The notes below the pieces were generated by a model that did not search any database, was not told where the DNA came from, and saw only the letters and a list, made by a program, of their open reading frames with translations. A DNA stretch of 64,000 nucleotides from a virus, in the IMG/VR virus record IMGVR_UViG_3300032116_000031, positions 72,215 through 136,214 of that record; one strand, written 5' to 3'. Positions 1-9,888 of this stretch are shown piece by piece. The translations under genes and the position numbers were made by a program. Position 1 is the first letter of the stretch. Every line of letters starts with the position of its first letter.

Positions 1-22
1 CTTAGAAAGAAGTATTAAATTT

Positions 23-493
23 GTGGATAATGAAGTGCAATTATCGAAATATCTGAAAGTAAAAGACTTTATTAAATCCGAAACAGCAACAGCACGTAAA
101 ATAGATAATAGGCTTCCTGAAAGCCTACTTGAAAACGCTAAGAAAATAGCGGCAATGTATGATGCAATCTATGACAGGTTTAACGGTAATATCAGTTTAA
201 ATTCTGGCTATAGATCCCCAAGACTAAACACTGCTGTTCGTGGATCATCAACTTCCCAACATGTATTCGCATTAGCTATTGATGTTAGAGGTAAAAATGG
301 CGTTAAAAATGCAGATATATTGAATTGGGTTAGGAGCAATATGAAATATCAACAGCTAATATGGGAATACGGTACAAGTAAAGAACCTAAATGGGTTCAT
401 ATAGGACATGGTACCAAAATGCAATTTTTGAGAATTGGAGTAGCTACAACAAGAGGCTTGGGGTTGCATTTATCCGATGCTGGAGATATTTAA
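23..493 (+). CDS. Peptidase M15 family (D-Ala-D-Ala carboxypeptidase-like), probable endolysin
   Basis: Motifs SGYRS..LN..V.G...SQH...A.D and WVHI typical of Peptidase_M15_3. Confidence 0.85.
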   Translation: MDNEVQLSKYLKVKDFIKSETATARKIDNRLPESLLENAKKIAAMYDAIYDRFNGNISLNSGYRSPRLNTAVRGSSTSQHVFALAIDVRGKNGVKNADILNWVRSNMKYQQLIWEYGTSKEPKWVHIGHGTKMQFLRIGVATTRGLGLHLSDAGDI

Positions 494-867
494 AGCTTAA
501 GATTCAAAATATCTTTAACTAAAAAAGCGCCATTGTTATAACTATATAAAACATCTAATGATACAGTGTGATCCTGATATTCAACATTAACCGAGTCTAT
601 GTTAATACCTTGCATATTGGATTGCACTGTACCTATTATTTCTGATTTTATCATATCAATTGTTTGAGTATCGGCTGGTTCAAACAAATATTCTACGAGG
701 TTACATCCGAAATCAGGTTTGTATAATCTGTTACCTTTTTTTGTTAATAAAAGATGTATTAAGTTTGATTTAACTTGTTCCTTTGTTGACTTTGTCAAGT
801 CAAAATAGAAGCCATTATTGCTATTTTTAAAAGGGAATCTGATTCCCAAGAATTTAGTTATACTCAT
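490..867 (-). CDS. Baseplate wedge subunit, T4 gp25-like
   Basis: GIRFPF...VKSNLIHLLLTKKGNRLYKPDFGCNL..YLFEP signature; start moved to ATG 867 (MSITKF). Confidence 0.85.
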   Translation of the reverse strand: MSITKFLGIRFPFKNSNNGFYFDLTKSTKEQVKSNLIHLLLTKKGNRLYKPDFGCNLVEYLFEPADTQTIDMIKSEIIGTVQSNMQGINIDSVNVEYQDHTVSLDVLYSYNNGAFLVKDILNLKL

Positions 868-923
868 TTTTATTTTTTTTTGATTTTTATAATATATATA
901 TAAGTCCAACGTCTGATTTATAT

Positions 924-1541
924 ATGGCTAATTATGTTATTGATAATCTTATGATTATATTCTCCGCGCTTTTTTCTGGCGGCGCAGGTGTTAAAATAGT
1001 GGAATATTACTTAAAAACATTAAATAAAGCAAAAGCAGAAGACTTTTTTAATGATACAAAAGAAGTAATAGATATTATAACACAACTATCAGAAAACCCC
1101 ATTATAGATAATGTTTTAATATTTAGAGGCGGCAATGGTGGTTCTGTACCCAGAGTTGGAAAAGATTATTATCTTAAATGTATATTTGAAGCACATAAAG
1201 AAGAGCCTGAAATATCTTCTTTAAAGCTCTATGAAAATATAATCCCAGATTCTAATTATATCACTATTCTTTTAACTTTGATGCAAAATAAAATGATGAA
1301 TTTCAATATATCAACTATGGAAGATGGTTTATTGAAAAAAATATATTTAGCCGAAGGATTAAAATATTCCAAAATATTCACTTTACATCAAACAAAAGAA
1401 TTTATTTTCTATATACAAATATCAACCACACAAAAAAACAATCTTGAAGATGATGTTATATTAAGATTAGAAATGGAATCTAAAATCTTTAAATTAAGAC
1501 AAATCTTCAAGAAACACTATGAAGACGGTTTTTTTAATTAA
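924..1541 (+). CDS. Membrane-anchored hypothetical protein, possibly holin-like
   Basis: N-terminal hydrophobic segment followed by a soluble domain; near the endolysin gene. Confidence 0.35.
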   Translation: MANYVIDNLMIIFSALFSGGAGVKIVEYYLKTLNKAKAEDFFNDTKEVIDIITQLSENPIIDNVLIFRGGNGGSVPRVGKDYYLKCIFEAHKEEPEISSLKLYENIIPDSNYITILLTLMQNKMMNFNISTMEDGLLKKIYLAEGLKYSKIFTLHQTKEFIFYIQISTTQKNNLEDDVILRLEMESKIFKLRQIFKKHYEDGFFN

Positions 1542-1995
1542 AAAGACCTTTAATCTGTTCTTTTGCTTTCTTTCTTAATAGATCCAAACCCCAATGTAAT
1601 TTTGATGAAGGGAATTTAAAAAACTCTTCAACGGTCATCCATTTATAATCTGAAACTTCTATCTCATAATCTACCGTTTGAACATTAACAAGTGGGATAA
1701 ATTCTTCATAGACAATTCCTATAAAATTGTAGTAATCCATTTCACCTGTTGTATTAACAAATGAAGGGATTATTTTTATTGGTACAATCTTACCTGTTTC
1801 TTCGTAGAATTCTCTTATAGCAGTTTCATAAGGTGTTTCATAGTTATTAGCCTTACCTCCAAAGTCGCACCATTTATTAGGCTCCTTCTCTAATTTAGGT
1901 CCTCTTTTACCCAAAAGAATTCTACCTGTGCTCAAACACACAGGTAGAACTCCAGCAGCATATTTTTTATTTTCGATTTTTATTTTTTCAATCAT
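1534..1995 (-). CDS. NUDIX hydrolase
   Basis: Nudix box GGKANNYETPYETAIREFYEETG. Confidence 0.9.
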   Translation of the reverse strand: MIEKIKIENKKYAAGVLPVCLSTGRILLGKRGPKLEKEPNKWCDFGGKANNYETPYETAIREFYEETGKIVPIKIIPSFVNTTGEMDYYNFIGIVYEEFIPLVNVQTVDYEIEVSDYKWMTVEEFFKFPSSKLHWGLDLLRKKAKEQIKGLFN

Positions 1996-2362
1996 ATAAC
2001 ATTGGTTCTAAAATTCTAGTGTTTTTCATTTTTAACAAAAAAGAACATTTTTCATATTCTTCTCTTGTTTCAAAATATTTTATCAGTCTTTCAATTAATA
2101 TAGGTTCTACATTTTCATCTATATTTAATCTGTGATAAGTAACATAATAAAATAGTTCGATGTTATCAGGAATAGGTAAGCTACCATTTAGATTGAAGTA
2201 ATCTATGGCTTCAATGTCTTGAATGCTATTAAAGCCTTCCTGTTGTAAATTGGTGTAAATAGAAAAAGCAGCCTCGTCCGCATCATCGACGCTAGCTGCT
2301 TTTATTGATCCACCGTAAAAACTGCCCTCCTTTGTCTTAATTGACAATACATAGTTGCTCAT
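1988..2362 (-). CDS. Hypothetical protein
   Basis: 124 aa ORF preceded by TATTTAT motif; C-terminal EEYEKC UVR-like helix. Confidence 0.6.
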   Translation of the reverse strand: MSNYVLSIKTKEGSFYGGSIKAASVDDADEAAFSIYTNLQQEGFNSIQDIEAIDYFNLNGSLPIPDNIELFYYVTYHRLNIDENVEPILIERLIKYFETREEYEKCSFLLKMKNTRILEPMLYD

Positions 2363-2424
2363 ATGTACTTCCCATTTTATATAAATATAAATATTAAGTT
2401 AGGAAAACAGCATTACTATTTTTT

Positions 2425-3600
2425 TTATCCGTCACAAGACAAGCAAGATAGATCAGTTGCTTTGGCTGCTATATCTCCTCTTAATACTGATTCTGTTCTC
2501 ATGTAATAAAGAGTTTTTACACCTTGCCTCCAAGCTTCTAGGTGGACGGCGTTAATGAATTTTGGATCCGCTTGTGCAGGAAATGCTAAATTCAATGACA
2601 CCGCTTGATCTATATATTGTTGTCTTACTCCAGCTTGTTTAACTAAGTCCAATTGATTAATTTCCTTGAAAGTTTTAAACACATCTTTAACTGTATATGC
2701 TTTTGTTTCAAAATCCTCCTTAGAAATTTCAGAAACCTTTGTTAATTTGCCATCGAGATAACACCATTCATCTAAGAAATCTAATCCCTGAACTGAACCA
2801 GCATCTTGTAATATTTGGTCCCAAACTTGCTTAGTGTTATAACCAATATGATCCAAAACCTTTTCTAATTCATTGTTCTTTCTAATAAACGTTCCTTTTA
2901 AGGATTGTTCGGTAAACAAATTAGAAGCCCACGGTTCAATTCCAGCACTAACGTTTCCGCTTAGCTTAGAATTAGAAACTGTTGGTGCAATAGCTCTAAG
3001 ATGGGTATTTCTATAACCACTCTCTTTACACCATAATGGTTCTCCATATTCTGTTGCTAAATCTCTACTTGCCTTTTCTGATTCAATTTTTAATTGGGAG
3101 AATATTTTACGGGTTTCAAATTGTGCCCTCAATCCCTCAAAAGGTAATCCTCTTTGTTGGAGGTAGGTATGCCAACCTAAAGTATTATGTATAACGTATT
3201 TAACACCATTATTTGAACTAGTAAAATAATTATGATGTTCATCTACTGTTAAATCCGAATATTCAATATCAATATTTTCAGGTTGCCAAATTTCAACAAT
3301 GGTGTTTAAATTATTATCTTGACTAACCATTACATTACCAACACTTAATTCATCTGCTCTAACATAATCAAGTGAACCATCTTTCATTATAGTTAAGGTT
3401 GGATGCCATAATGAAGTATAAATAATACTACCACAATCTAATTTAATTGCTATCTGATCTTTAACTTCAACAATGGGTTTATGTGTTTCTAATATTTCCC
3501 TATAACATTTTTTTCTTTTATTTATGTCATAAGATAACACAAAATCACCGCATTTAGCATTTTCAATTGCTATTTCTTTTTTATTTATTTTTATATTCAT
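2425..3600 (-). CDS. nrdA: Ribonucleotide reductase alpha, C-terminal half, fused behind a split-intein C fragment
   Basis: aa 1-139 carry intein blocks B (TSLWHP), F (YSDLTVDEHHNYF) and G (VIHN), followed by TLGWHTYLQ, AIAPT, LYYMR and the C-terminal CLSCDG of class Ia NrdA. Confidence 0.92.
   Translation of the reverse strand: MNIKINKKEIAIENAKCGDFVLSYDINKRKKCYREILETHKPIVEVKDQIAIKLDCGSIIYTSLWHPTLTIMKDGSLDYVRADELSVGNVMVSQDNNLNTIVEIWQPENIDIEYSDLTVDEHHNYFTSSNNGVKYVIHNTLGWHTYLQQRGLPFEGLRAQFETRKIFSQLKIESEKASRDLATEYGEPLWCKESGYRNTHLRAIAPTVSNSKLSGNVSAGIEPWASNLFTEQSLKGTFIRKNNELEKVLDHIGYNTKQVWDQILQDAGSVQGLDFLDEWCYLDGKLTKVSEISKEDFETKAYTVKDVFKTFKEINQLDLVKQAGVRQQYIDQAVSLNLAFPAQADPKFINAVHLEAWRQGVKTLYYMRTESVLRGDIAAKATDLSCLSCDG
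3184..3600 (-). other. Split intein C fragment (139 aa), ending HN with Thr as +1 residue
   Basis: Hint-domain motifs; junction CAT AAT | ACT at 3184/3183. Confidence 0.9.
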
Positions 3601-3602
3601 AA

Positions 3603-4637
3603 TTAATTTTTATTTTTTTTTGAGAAATTACCTTTTAACCATCCTTTTTCTAAAAAGGAATTTAATTCTTCTTTTTCTATAAATTTTATTTCAACGCCAT
3701 TATTAATACAAATTCTTCCTTTATTACTCGTTTTTTTAGATAAACACCCTAATACCCACCCTTTTTCTAAATACTCTTTTGTATTTTCTTTAGGTATGTA
3801 TTTGTTTACTAATCCATTATTTATACCAATAGATCCTTTTTCAATGGTCCCTTTTATTGTATCTGTTGACCAACCGTTGTTTAAATGATCTTTTATTTCT
3901 GCTTCATCTATCAACTTTGTTTTACCATCTTTTATTACTTTCTTTTTATTTTTTATAGATTTTTCTTTCAATTTTTTCTTTAATTGATTATTAAAACCTA
4001 TAAACCATCCATCCATTAAATAATACTCTAAGTCTTTTTTATCAATATATTTATGTTTTCCATCTTTATTAATACAGATATGACCGACTTCTATTGAACC
4101 TTTATTTGTTTTTTTACGGATAGTTATACCTTTAAACCATCCTTCAGGTAACTCCGCGTCTAATTTAATAAATTTGTTATTAATACCATTTGTAATACAA
4201 ACAGTATTGTTAGTAGTGCCTTTAGTTTTTACCCATCCTTTTTTTTCTAAAAGTTGTTTTAAGTGTTTTGGAAAAAATCTTGTTTTACCAGTTTTAGGGT
4301 TAACTAATTTAATCATGTCTTTTGCATTAAAATGTTTATTACCAAATTGATTATAACAAACATTTACACATCTTTTCCTACCATATCTTTCGAAAGCTTT
4401 TTTTATTAAATTTGATTCATAATCATTAATAATCTTTCTATCAAAAGATAAATCGAATGAATTTATTATAATCCTATTCCATTTACAATTATCGAATTCC
4501 ATTTCATAAGAGAGGTATTTAGAAGAACTTACATATTTATCATCTAAATACCCCTTATGTGAACCAATATATATAAACGGTAAATCAGTATTATAATATC
4601 TATCAGATGAATACCATATATAAATAAATTGCTTCAT
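3603..4637 (-). CDS. Free-standing GIY-YIG (Seg-like) homing endonuclease
   Basis: N-terminal FIYIW...YIGSH...Y.SSS motif; repeated INNG..NK.I...L..GW..G modules; lies between the nrdA halves. Confidence 0.85.
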   Translation of the reverse strand: MKQFIYIWYSSDRYYNTDLPFIYIGSHKGYLDDKYVSSSKYLSYEMEFDNCKWNRIIINSFDLSFDRKIINDYESNLIKKAFERYGRKRCVNVCYNQFGNKHFNAKDMIKLVNPKTGKTRFFPKHLKQLLEKKGWVKTKGTTNNTVCITNGINNKFIKLDAELPEGWFKGITIRKKTNKGSIEVGHICINKDGKHKYIDKKDLEYYLMDGWFIGFNNQLKKKLKEKSIKNKKKVIKDGKTKLIDEAEIKDHLNNGWSTDTIKGTIEKGSIGINNGLVNKYIPKENTKEYLEKGWVLGCLSKKTSNKGRICINNGVEIKFIEKEELNSFLEKGWLKGNFSKKNKN

Positions 4638-4648
4638 TTCAACTTGAA

Positions 4649-5812
4649 TTAATCTATTTCTATTGTTTTTATCAGTGTAGATACTTTTATTTTTTCTCCG
4701 TTTAATTCAATGAAATCTTCAAGATTATAATTAATTCCATCAATTTCAACTGAATCTATCACTTCAATTTTAGATCCTTTTGATACACAACCTAGACCCA
4801 AAGCGCGGCCCTTCTCGGCTGATCTAACAGCGTTCTCAAAGCCTTTCATATTCTTTGCTTTCTGAATAAACTCTTCCAGTACGCCGTCCAAGAACCAAGT
4901 AGCTGTATAAATTAAATCAGTGTCTTTCCATTCATCATATTTTGCCAAATTAAGAGAACTTAGGCAACACACAAAAGAATGTTGTTCATCGGTATGTAAA
5001 GCAATCTCTGAACAAATATTTGTCATGTGTACCTTCAACCCATTCTTTTTATACATTTCAGGATTACTTTTATTAACATTACCCTTAAACATAATATAAG
5101 GCTCACCTGTTGCTTTTCTCTTTTGTAACAATTTACCCCACTTCCTTCTTGCCTCTACGTCACCTTCTTCTAATTTACGCATAAAGCTGTCGCTAATGAC
5201 GGCGCATTGATGTAAATTCAAAGACTGTCTATTAACATCTCCTTTTGGTTCTCTAATTTCCAACCATTCCTCAAAATCTGGGTGATCAATTTTGATGTTA
5301 ACAGAAGCAGCACCTCTTCTAACAGCACCTTGATTCGTAGCTAAAATAGTAGAATCATAAATCTTACAAAATGGTACAACGCCATCTGAAGTGCCATTGT
5401 TGGTAATTTTAGCACCAGCAGGTCTAATCATATTGATACCAATACCTACACCCCCACCATGTTTAGCTAGCATCATTAATTCAAGGTTCTTTGAACCTAT
5501 CTCGTAGATACTATCGCCTACATCAATACCAAAACAACTGATAGGTAAACCTCTATCTGTACCAGTGTTAGCTAATACAGGTGTCGCTAAGTTTAACCAA
5601 CCTCTCCAAATATAATCGAAGAATTTAGTTGCTAAATGTGGTTTGTTCAAACGTTTGGCAACAGTTGTAGATACGCGCCAATAAGCGTCTTTTGGTTTTT
5701 CACCTTGTAGAAGGTATTCTTTAGAAATGGTTTTTACATAGACTTCGGTATTACCCCATTCAGGGAAGTCAACTCCAACTTCCCAACCGAACTCTGCTCC
5801 ATGATTTATCAT
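4649..5812 (-). CDS. nrdA: Ribonucleotide reductase alpha, N-terminal half, fused to a split-intein N fragment
   Basis: ATPVLAN, PISCF, GGGVG, RRGA, NICSEI, VCCLSSLNL, RALGLG motifs. Confidence 0.93.
   Translation of the reverse strand: MINHGAEFGWEVGVDFPEWGNTEVYVKTISKEYLLQGEKPKDAYWRVSTTVAKRLNKPHLATKFFDYIWRGWLNLATPVLANTGTDRGLPISCFGIDVGDSIYEIGSKNLELMMLAKHGGGVGIGINMIRPAGAKITNNGTSDGVVPFCKIYDSTILATNQGAVRRGAASVNIKIDHPDFEEWLEIREPKGDVNRQSLNLHQCAVISDSFMRKLEEGDVEARRKWGKLLQKRKATGEPYIMFKGNVNKSNPEMYKKNGLKVHMTNICSEIALHTDEQHSFVCCLSSLNLAKYDEWKDTDLIYTATWFLDGVLEEFIQKAKNMKGFENAVRSAEKGRALGLGCVSKGSKIEVIDSVEIDGINYNLEDFIELNGEKIKVSTLIKTIEID
4652..4789 (-). other. Split intein N fragment (46 aa)
   Basis: NrdA homology stops at GRALGLG and continues CVSKGSKIEV (intein block A), then a stop codon. 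Confidence 0.85.
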
Positions 5813-5875
5813 ATTAAAATATATTTTTAGTAAAAATAATTAGTACAGTTAAAAATTAACGATGAAAAAAATTTA

Positions 5876-6874
5876 TTACCATAATCCACTATCCCAATCT
5901 TCACCTTCATTTGCCTTACTATAATCAGTAGGTCTTACAGCAAAGAAATCAGTGTGGGTCAATCCACCAGTGAGATGATAAAACCAATCTAATTCTGATG
6001 CCTTTTCTTCGTTATATTGGAATTGTGCTTTATATCCTAATTCAATCAATTTTTCATTTGTTCTTTTAATAATAAAATGTTTTAAATCTTCCTTTTTCAA
6101 ATTATCTAAATCCCCTTGCTCAAACATTTTATCAATAAAACTATGTTCCAATTTAATAATTAAATCAGCGGCTTCAAAAATAGATTGTTGAGCTGCATCT
6201 TTCAATTCGGGAAATTCTTCACACATATGTTTAAACAATTGGCACCCCATTTTTGAATGCAAAGATTCATCACGAACACTCCATTTCATTTGCTGCCCGA
6301 TACCTTTTAACATATTTCTCATTTGGAATGAATATAGAACTGCAAATGAAGAATATAAAGCAACACCTTCAGCAAAAGCAGAGAAAATGGCTAAGCTACG
6401 CCCAACTTCAACTCTTGCTTGTGGATTATTAATTATATCATTAGGTGAATAATCAGCACTAACTTCTGTTAACATTTCAAATCTGGCTTTTGTAGCAGGC
6501 TCGTGTAAAAAAGCTTCAAAATCTTCAAGACCTAAAGTTTCATTTAGATATGAATAAGCAACGGCGTGAATAGTTTCCTGTGAACCAAAAGCCATAGCCA
6601 TCTGCCTAATTTCATGTTTTGGAAACCATTTTGTTACCATTCCAGTCCAATAATCAGATACGGCACATTCAGTTTGAGCGAAACCTAAAAGAATATTTCC
6701 TACCAAATGCTTCTCATGGCTTTTTAATTTCTCGTTCCAATCTTTTATATCACTTTGCATTGGAATTTCAGTATGTAACCAAAAGGCTTGCATTTGTTTT
6801 AGCCAACCTTCATTATAATATTCTGGATATTCGAATGGCTTATAAGGAACTCTTTCTGTGAATAGTTTACTCAT
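5876..6874 (-). CDS. nrdB: Ribonucleotide reductase beta subunit
   Basis: FW..TEI, ETIHAVAY, EGVALYSSF, RDESLH di-iron motifs and DFFA tail. Confidence 0.95.
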   Translation of the reverse strand: MSKLFTERVPYKPFEYPEYYNEGWLKQMQAFWLHTEIPMQSDIKDWNEKLKSHEKHLVGNILLGFAQTECAVSDYWTGMVTKWFPKHEIRQMAMAFGSQETIHAVAYSYLNETLGLEDFEAFLHEPATKARFEMLTEVSADYSPNDIINNPQARVEVGRSLAIFSAFAEGVALYSSFAVLYSFQMRNMLKGIGQQMKWSVRDESLHSKMGCQLFKHMCEEFPELKDAAQQSIFEAADLIIKLEHSFIDKMFEQGDLDNLKKEDLKHFIIKRTNEKLIELGYKAQFQYNEEKASELDWFYHLTGGLTHTDFFAVRPTDYSKANEGEDWDSGLW

Positions 6875-6883
6875 AGTATGTAT

Positions 6884-8269
6884 TTAATTTTTATTTTTTT
6901 TGTTAGCTTCTAATGAACTTGTTATATTAAAGTCTTCTATTTTAATTTTGACCTTAGCATTATTAAATATGCAATTTTCAAATTTCAATCGACCCTGACC
7001 TAAGCGATTTTTCCAAAAGTTTACATTGGCTAATGCTGATATTTCTTGCTCTTCATCTTTACCAACGGTGATCAATACGTGAGCTATCTTTAAAAGGTCA
7101 ACGGAGCCACCTAACATCGTCGGTAAGACATCTTTCATACCATGTGAATCCTTTTTACCTTGAATCAAAACCCACGCAGCACAATTGAATTTTTCCTCGC
7201 TTATTGAATGTTCTATTTGTCTTAAAACCTCTGGACCAGCCATAAAATCTCTTTCACCATAATCCTTTTCACTTTTAATACAATCTAAATAGTCAATAAT
7301 AATCAAATCCAATTTATGCCCTAATACTTTCTCGATGTAAAACATTGTTTGTTCAATATCACTCCATTTTGTATTAATAGCATCAAACTTTTTAACAATT
7401 AATCTACCACCTGCTTTCTCCCCTTTCTTCAGATATTTTTTGCATTCTAATTCTACAAGTTCTTTGTTTTTATTTTTTCTAGTTTCATTGATTTCCAATC
7501 CAGTCCAATGTGCTTGGAATTTAGAAATCAATTGATCTTGAGCACCTTCAAAATAAACGTACAATACTGTCTTACCTTGATTGAATGCTGCACTAGAAGT
7601 AACAACAGAGAAAGTAGTCTTACCAACGCCGTAACCAGCCCCTAGAACGCATAAATCGCCTCTTGAAGGCCCACCACTTAAAGCACTATCGAAAGACACT
7701 CCTAGGCCAGTTGAGATAGGAATTCGGTTCATATCATCAACTGTTTTAAATGTTTCGCTATCGAAGATTAACGGTCTTTTTTCTAAGTCATTAATCTCAA
7801 TAGATTTTCTCACTTTATCAACAGCATCTTCAAAGGATTTGATTTTATTCTCCTTCAATCCTTTTCTAATAGAATCTACTGATGTGAAGAAGTTTTGTTG
7901 TTGAACAAAGTTTTTAGCGTTGTTCCTGATATGATCTACGTTTTCAATAACTACGTTTTCAATATCATCTAAGAACTGAAAAAAGATTTCTTTATCTTCT
8001 TTACTCTGTGAGGAGTATATTTCCCTAATCGTATCGTAGAAAGGAATACTACGGTATTTTTCGTAATATTCCTTCACGATAGATAAAAGAAACTTTGAAG
8101 ATGGAAGAAAGAAGTGATTGCTTTTTAGAATAGGTAAAATTGTAAGACCAAAATCAACATCTCTGTAAATTTCCTTTCCTTTAAGGATTCGCCGTCCAAT
8201 CACCTGATTCCAAAATTTAATCTCAAACCGTTCACCAAAAAATGAAAGGTTTTCGTTCATTGTATCCAT
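6884..8269 (-). CDS. Replicative DnaB/gp41-like helicase
   Basis: Walker A GAGYGVGKTT, Walker B IIIDYLD, KNR.G motif. Confidence 0.85.
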   Translation of the reverse strand: MDTMNENLSFFGERFEIKFWNQVIGRRILKGKEIYRDVDFGLTILPILKSNHFFLPSSKFLLSIVKEYYEKYRSIPFYDTIREIYSSQSKEDKEIFFQFLDDIENVVIENVDHIRNNAKNFVQQQNFFTSVDSIRKGLKENKIKSFEDAVDKVRKSIEINDLEKRPLIFDSETFKTVDDMNRIPISTGLGVSFDSALSGGPSRGDLCVLGAGYGVGKTTFSVVTSSAAFNQGKTVLYVYFEGAQDQLISKFQAHWTGLEINETRKNKNKELVELECKKYLKKGEKAGGRLIVKKFDAINTKWSDIEQTMFYIEKVLGHKLDLIIIDYLDCIKSEKDYGERDFMAGPEVLRQIEHSISEEKFNCAAWVLIQGKKDSHGMKDVLPTMLGGSVDLLKIAHVLITVGKDEEQEISALANVNFWKNRLGQGRLKFENCIFNNAKVKIKIEDFNITSSLEANKKNKN

Positions 8270-8316
8270 AATAAATTTCTTTTGTAAAATAAAAAAATAA
8301 CAATTGAATAATAAAA

Positions 8317-8877
8317 TTAGAGTTGATAACTATTTACACAGAAAGTGTTTTTAACGCCAGTGAAAGGAGTGAAAAATCTGTTTGTGTAATAATTCAAAGA
8401 TAACAAGTCTTTCAACAAACTTCTGATACCTTTAAAATTAGGACCATCTTTCCAAATAGGGAGAATAGATAGTTGAGGAACAGCGTAGAAATCATTAGCA
8501 TTAATTTCTTGCTGATAGATTACCCTTACTTCTTTTTCATCTGTTAGTTTACCTTGATTTCTCACTGATGCTGAATGGTCAACTAATTTAAAGATGTAAC
8601 GTGAATTTGGGTTTTGGTGGGTGGACGGCGAAATTCCGTTCTCATAATTTTTGTAAAGATAATCCTCCGTAATACCCCTCATATAATCATGGAACAAGCC
8701 AGTAATCTGTTGAAAGGTGTGAACAATCTCTACTGAATTTTCAACCGCTAAATCAGGGTTTCCAAATTCTTTTGGTGTGGCAAAGAAATTCAACATAGAC
8801 ATCTCTTGTGCTGTTGAACCATCGTAGTAAATCAAGTGAAAAGTAAATTTTGTAGTAAACTCTTGATTTTCTTTCAT
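8317..8877 (-). CDS. Hypothetical protein
   Basis: 186 aa ORF inside the replication operon. Confidence 0.6.
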   Translation of the reverse strand: MKENQEFTTKFTFHLIYYDGSTAQEMSMLNFFATPKEFGNPDLAVENSVEIVHTFQQITGLFHDYMRGITEDYLYKNYENGISPSTHQNPNSRYIFKLVDHSASVRNQGKLTDEKEVRVIYQQEINANDFYAVPQLSILPIWKDGPNFKGIRSLLKDLLSLNYYTNRFFTPFTGVKNTFCVNSYQL

Positions 8878-8880
8878 AAA

Positions 8881-9888
8881 TCAAATTTTGTTTGTTAAAA
8901 AATATGGTTGAATAAAAAAGTTTAAATCTCCATCGAAATCTAAATCTGTTACTATTTGTTTGTGTATCTCTGTGCCTTTAATCTTATTTATAAAAGCCTT
9001 CTTATCAAAATTCAAGAACTTAATGTTTGCTATTTCGTCCTTGCAATCTTGTGTCACAAAGGTACTACTTTTTAGATTAATTAGTGACTCTGTGAGCAAA
9101 AATTTTTCATCTTTTTCTAAAAATTCTATTAAGGTTCCTAAACGCTTCCCTTTCTTATTTTTCTCCCTTTGTTTATAACAGTATTCAAGTAAACTTGTTC
9201 TGTCATATTCTCGTCTAACAAACATAGGGATTTCTTTAACAATCGACTTTTCAGAGAATCCATTGGCACCTATAATATTATCAGATTCATCCCCCATAAT
9301 GACCTTTCTTAGTAATATATTCTTGGGATTGTAATCAAAATAATATTCAAAATTTTCAGAATTAATCAATAAGTTTTTTGGATACAAGAAGTCGCCAGTC
9401 TTTATCCTATTCATATAATAAACATATACTGTCTTATCAACTAATTGAAAATAATCATGATCGTTTGATAATATCAATATATTTTCCTTATCCTTATTTT
9501 GCCTGACATATTCTGCAATGCAATCATCTGTTTCAACGAATTCATGTTGATATGAAACTATACCCAATAGCTCCATTAATTCTTTTAAAACATTTATTTG
9601 ATTGTAATAAGGATCAATACCGTTAAAAAACCTCTTACGTTTTTCTTTGTATTGTGGATACAATTCCCTTCTTAACTTTCCACTTTCAGGGCCATCCCAA
9701 AATAAAACCGTTTTATTAATTTGATATGTATGATTATTTACATTCTCATTTAATATTCCTCTCAACTTTTTTAAAAATCCCCAAACAGCGTGAATATTTT
9801 GTTTTTGGAGGGCGTAAGATTTTACGCCCTCGAAAACAATCTTGTATAAGTTAGTTGCGTCTACAACCAGAGTAGCTCTATTCTTCAT
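8881..9888 (-). CDS. 5'-3' exonuclease / flap endonuclease (T4 RNase H-like)
   Basis: VVDA, FWDG, R..LYPQYK..R, ETDD.IA, SNDHDYFQL, GDESDNIIG motifs. Confidence 0.9.
   Translation of the reverse strand: MKNRATLVVDATNLYKIVFEGVKSYALQKQNIHAVWGFLKKLRGILNENVNNHTYQINKTVLFWDGPESGKLRRELYPQYKEKRKRFFNGIDPYYNQINVLKELMELLGIVSYQHEFVETDDCIAEYVRQNKDKENILILSNDHDYFQLVDKTVYVYYMNRIKTGDFLYPKNLLINSENFEYYFDYNPKNILLRKVIMGDESDNIIGANGFSEKSIVKEIPMFVRREYDRTSLLEYCYKQREKNKKGKRLGTLIEFLEKDEKFLLTESLINLKSSTFVTQDCKDEIANIKFLNFDKKAFINKIKGTEIHKQIVTDLDFDGDLNFFIQPYFLTNKI

Noticed and set aside
3601-4789. Group I intron interrupting nrdA
   Set aside because: No non-coding space for a ribozyme core (gaps of 11 and 2 nt), and the flanks translate into intein motifs.
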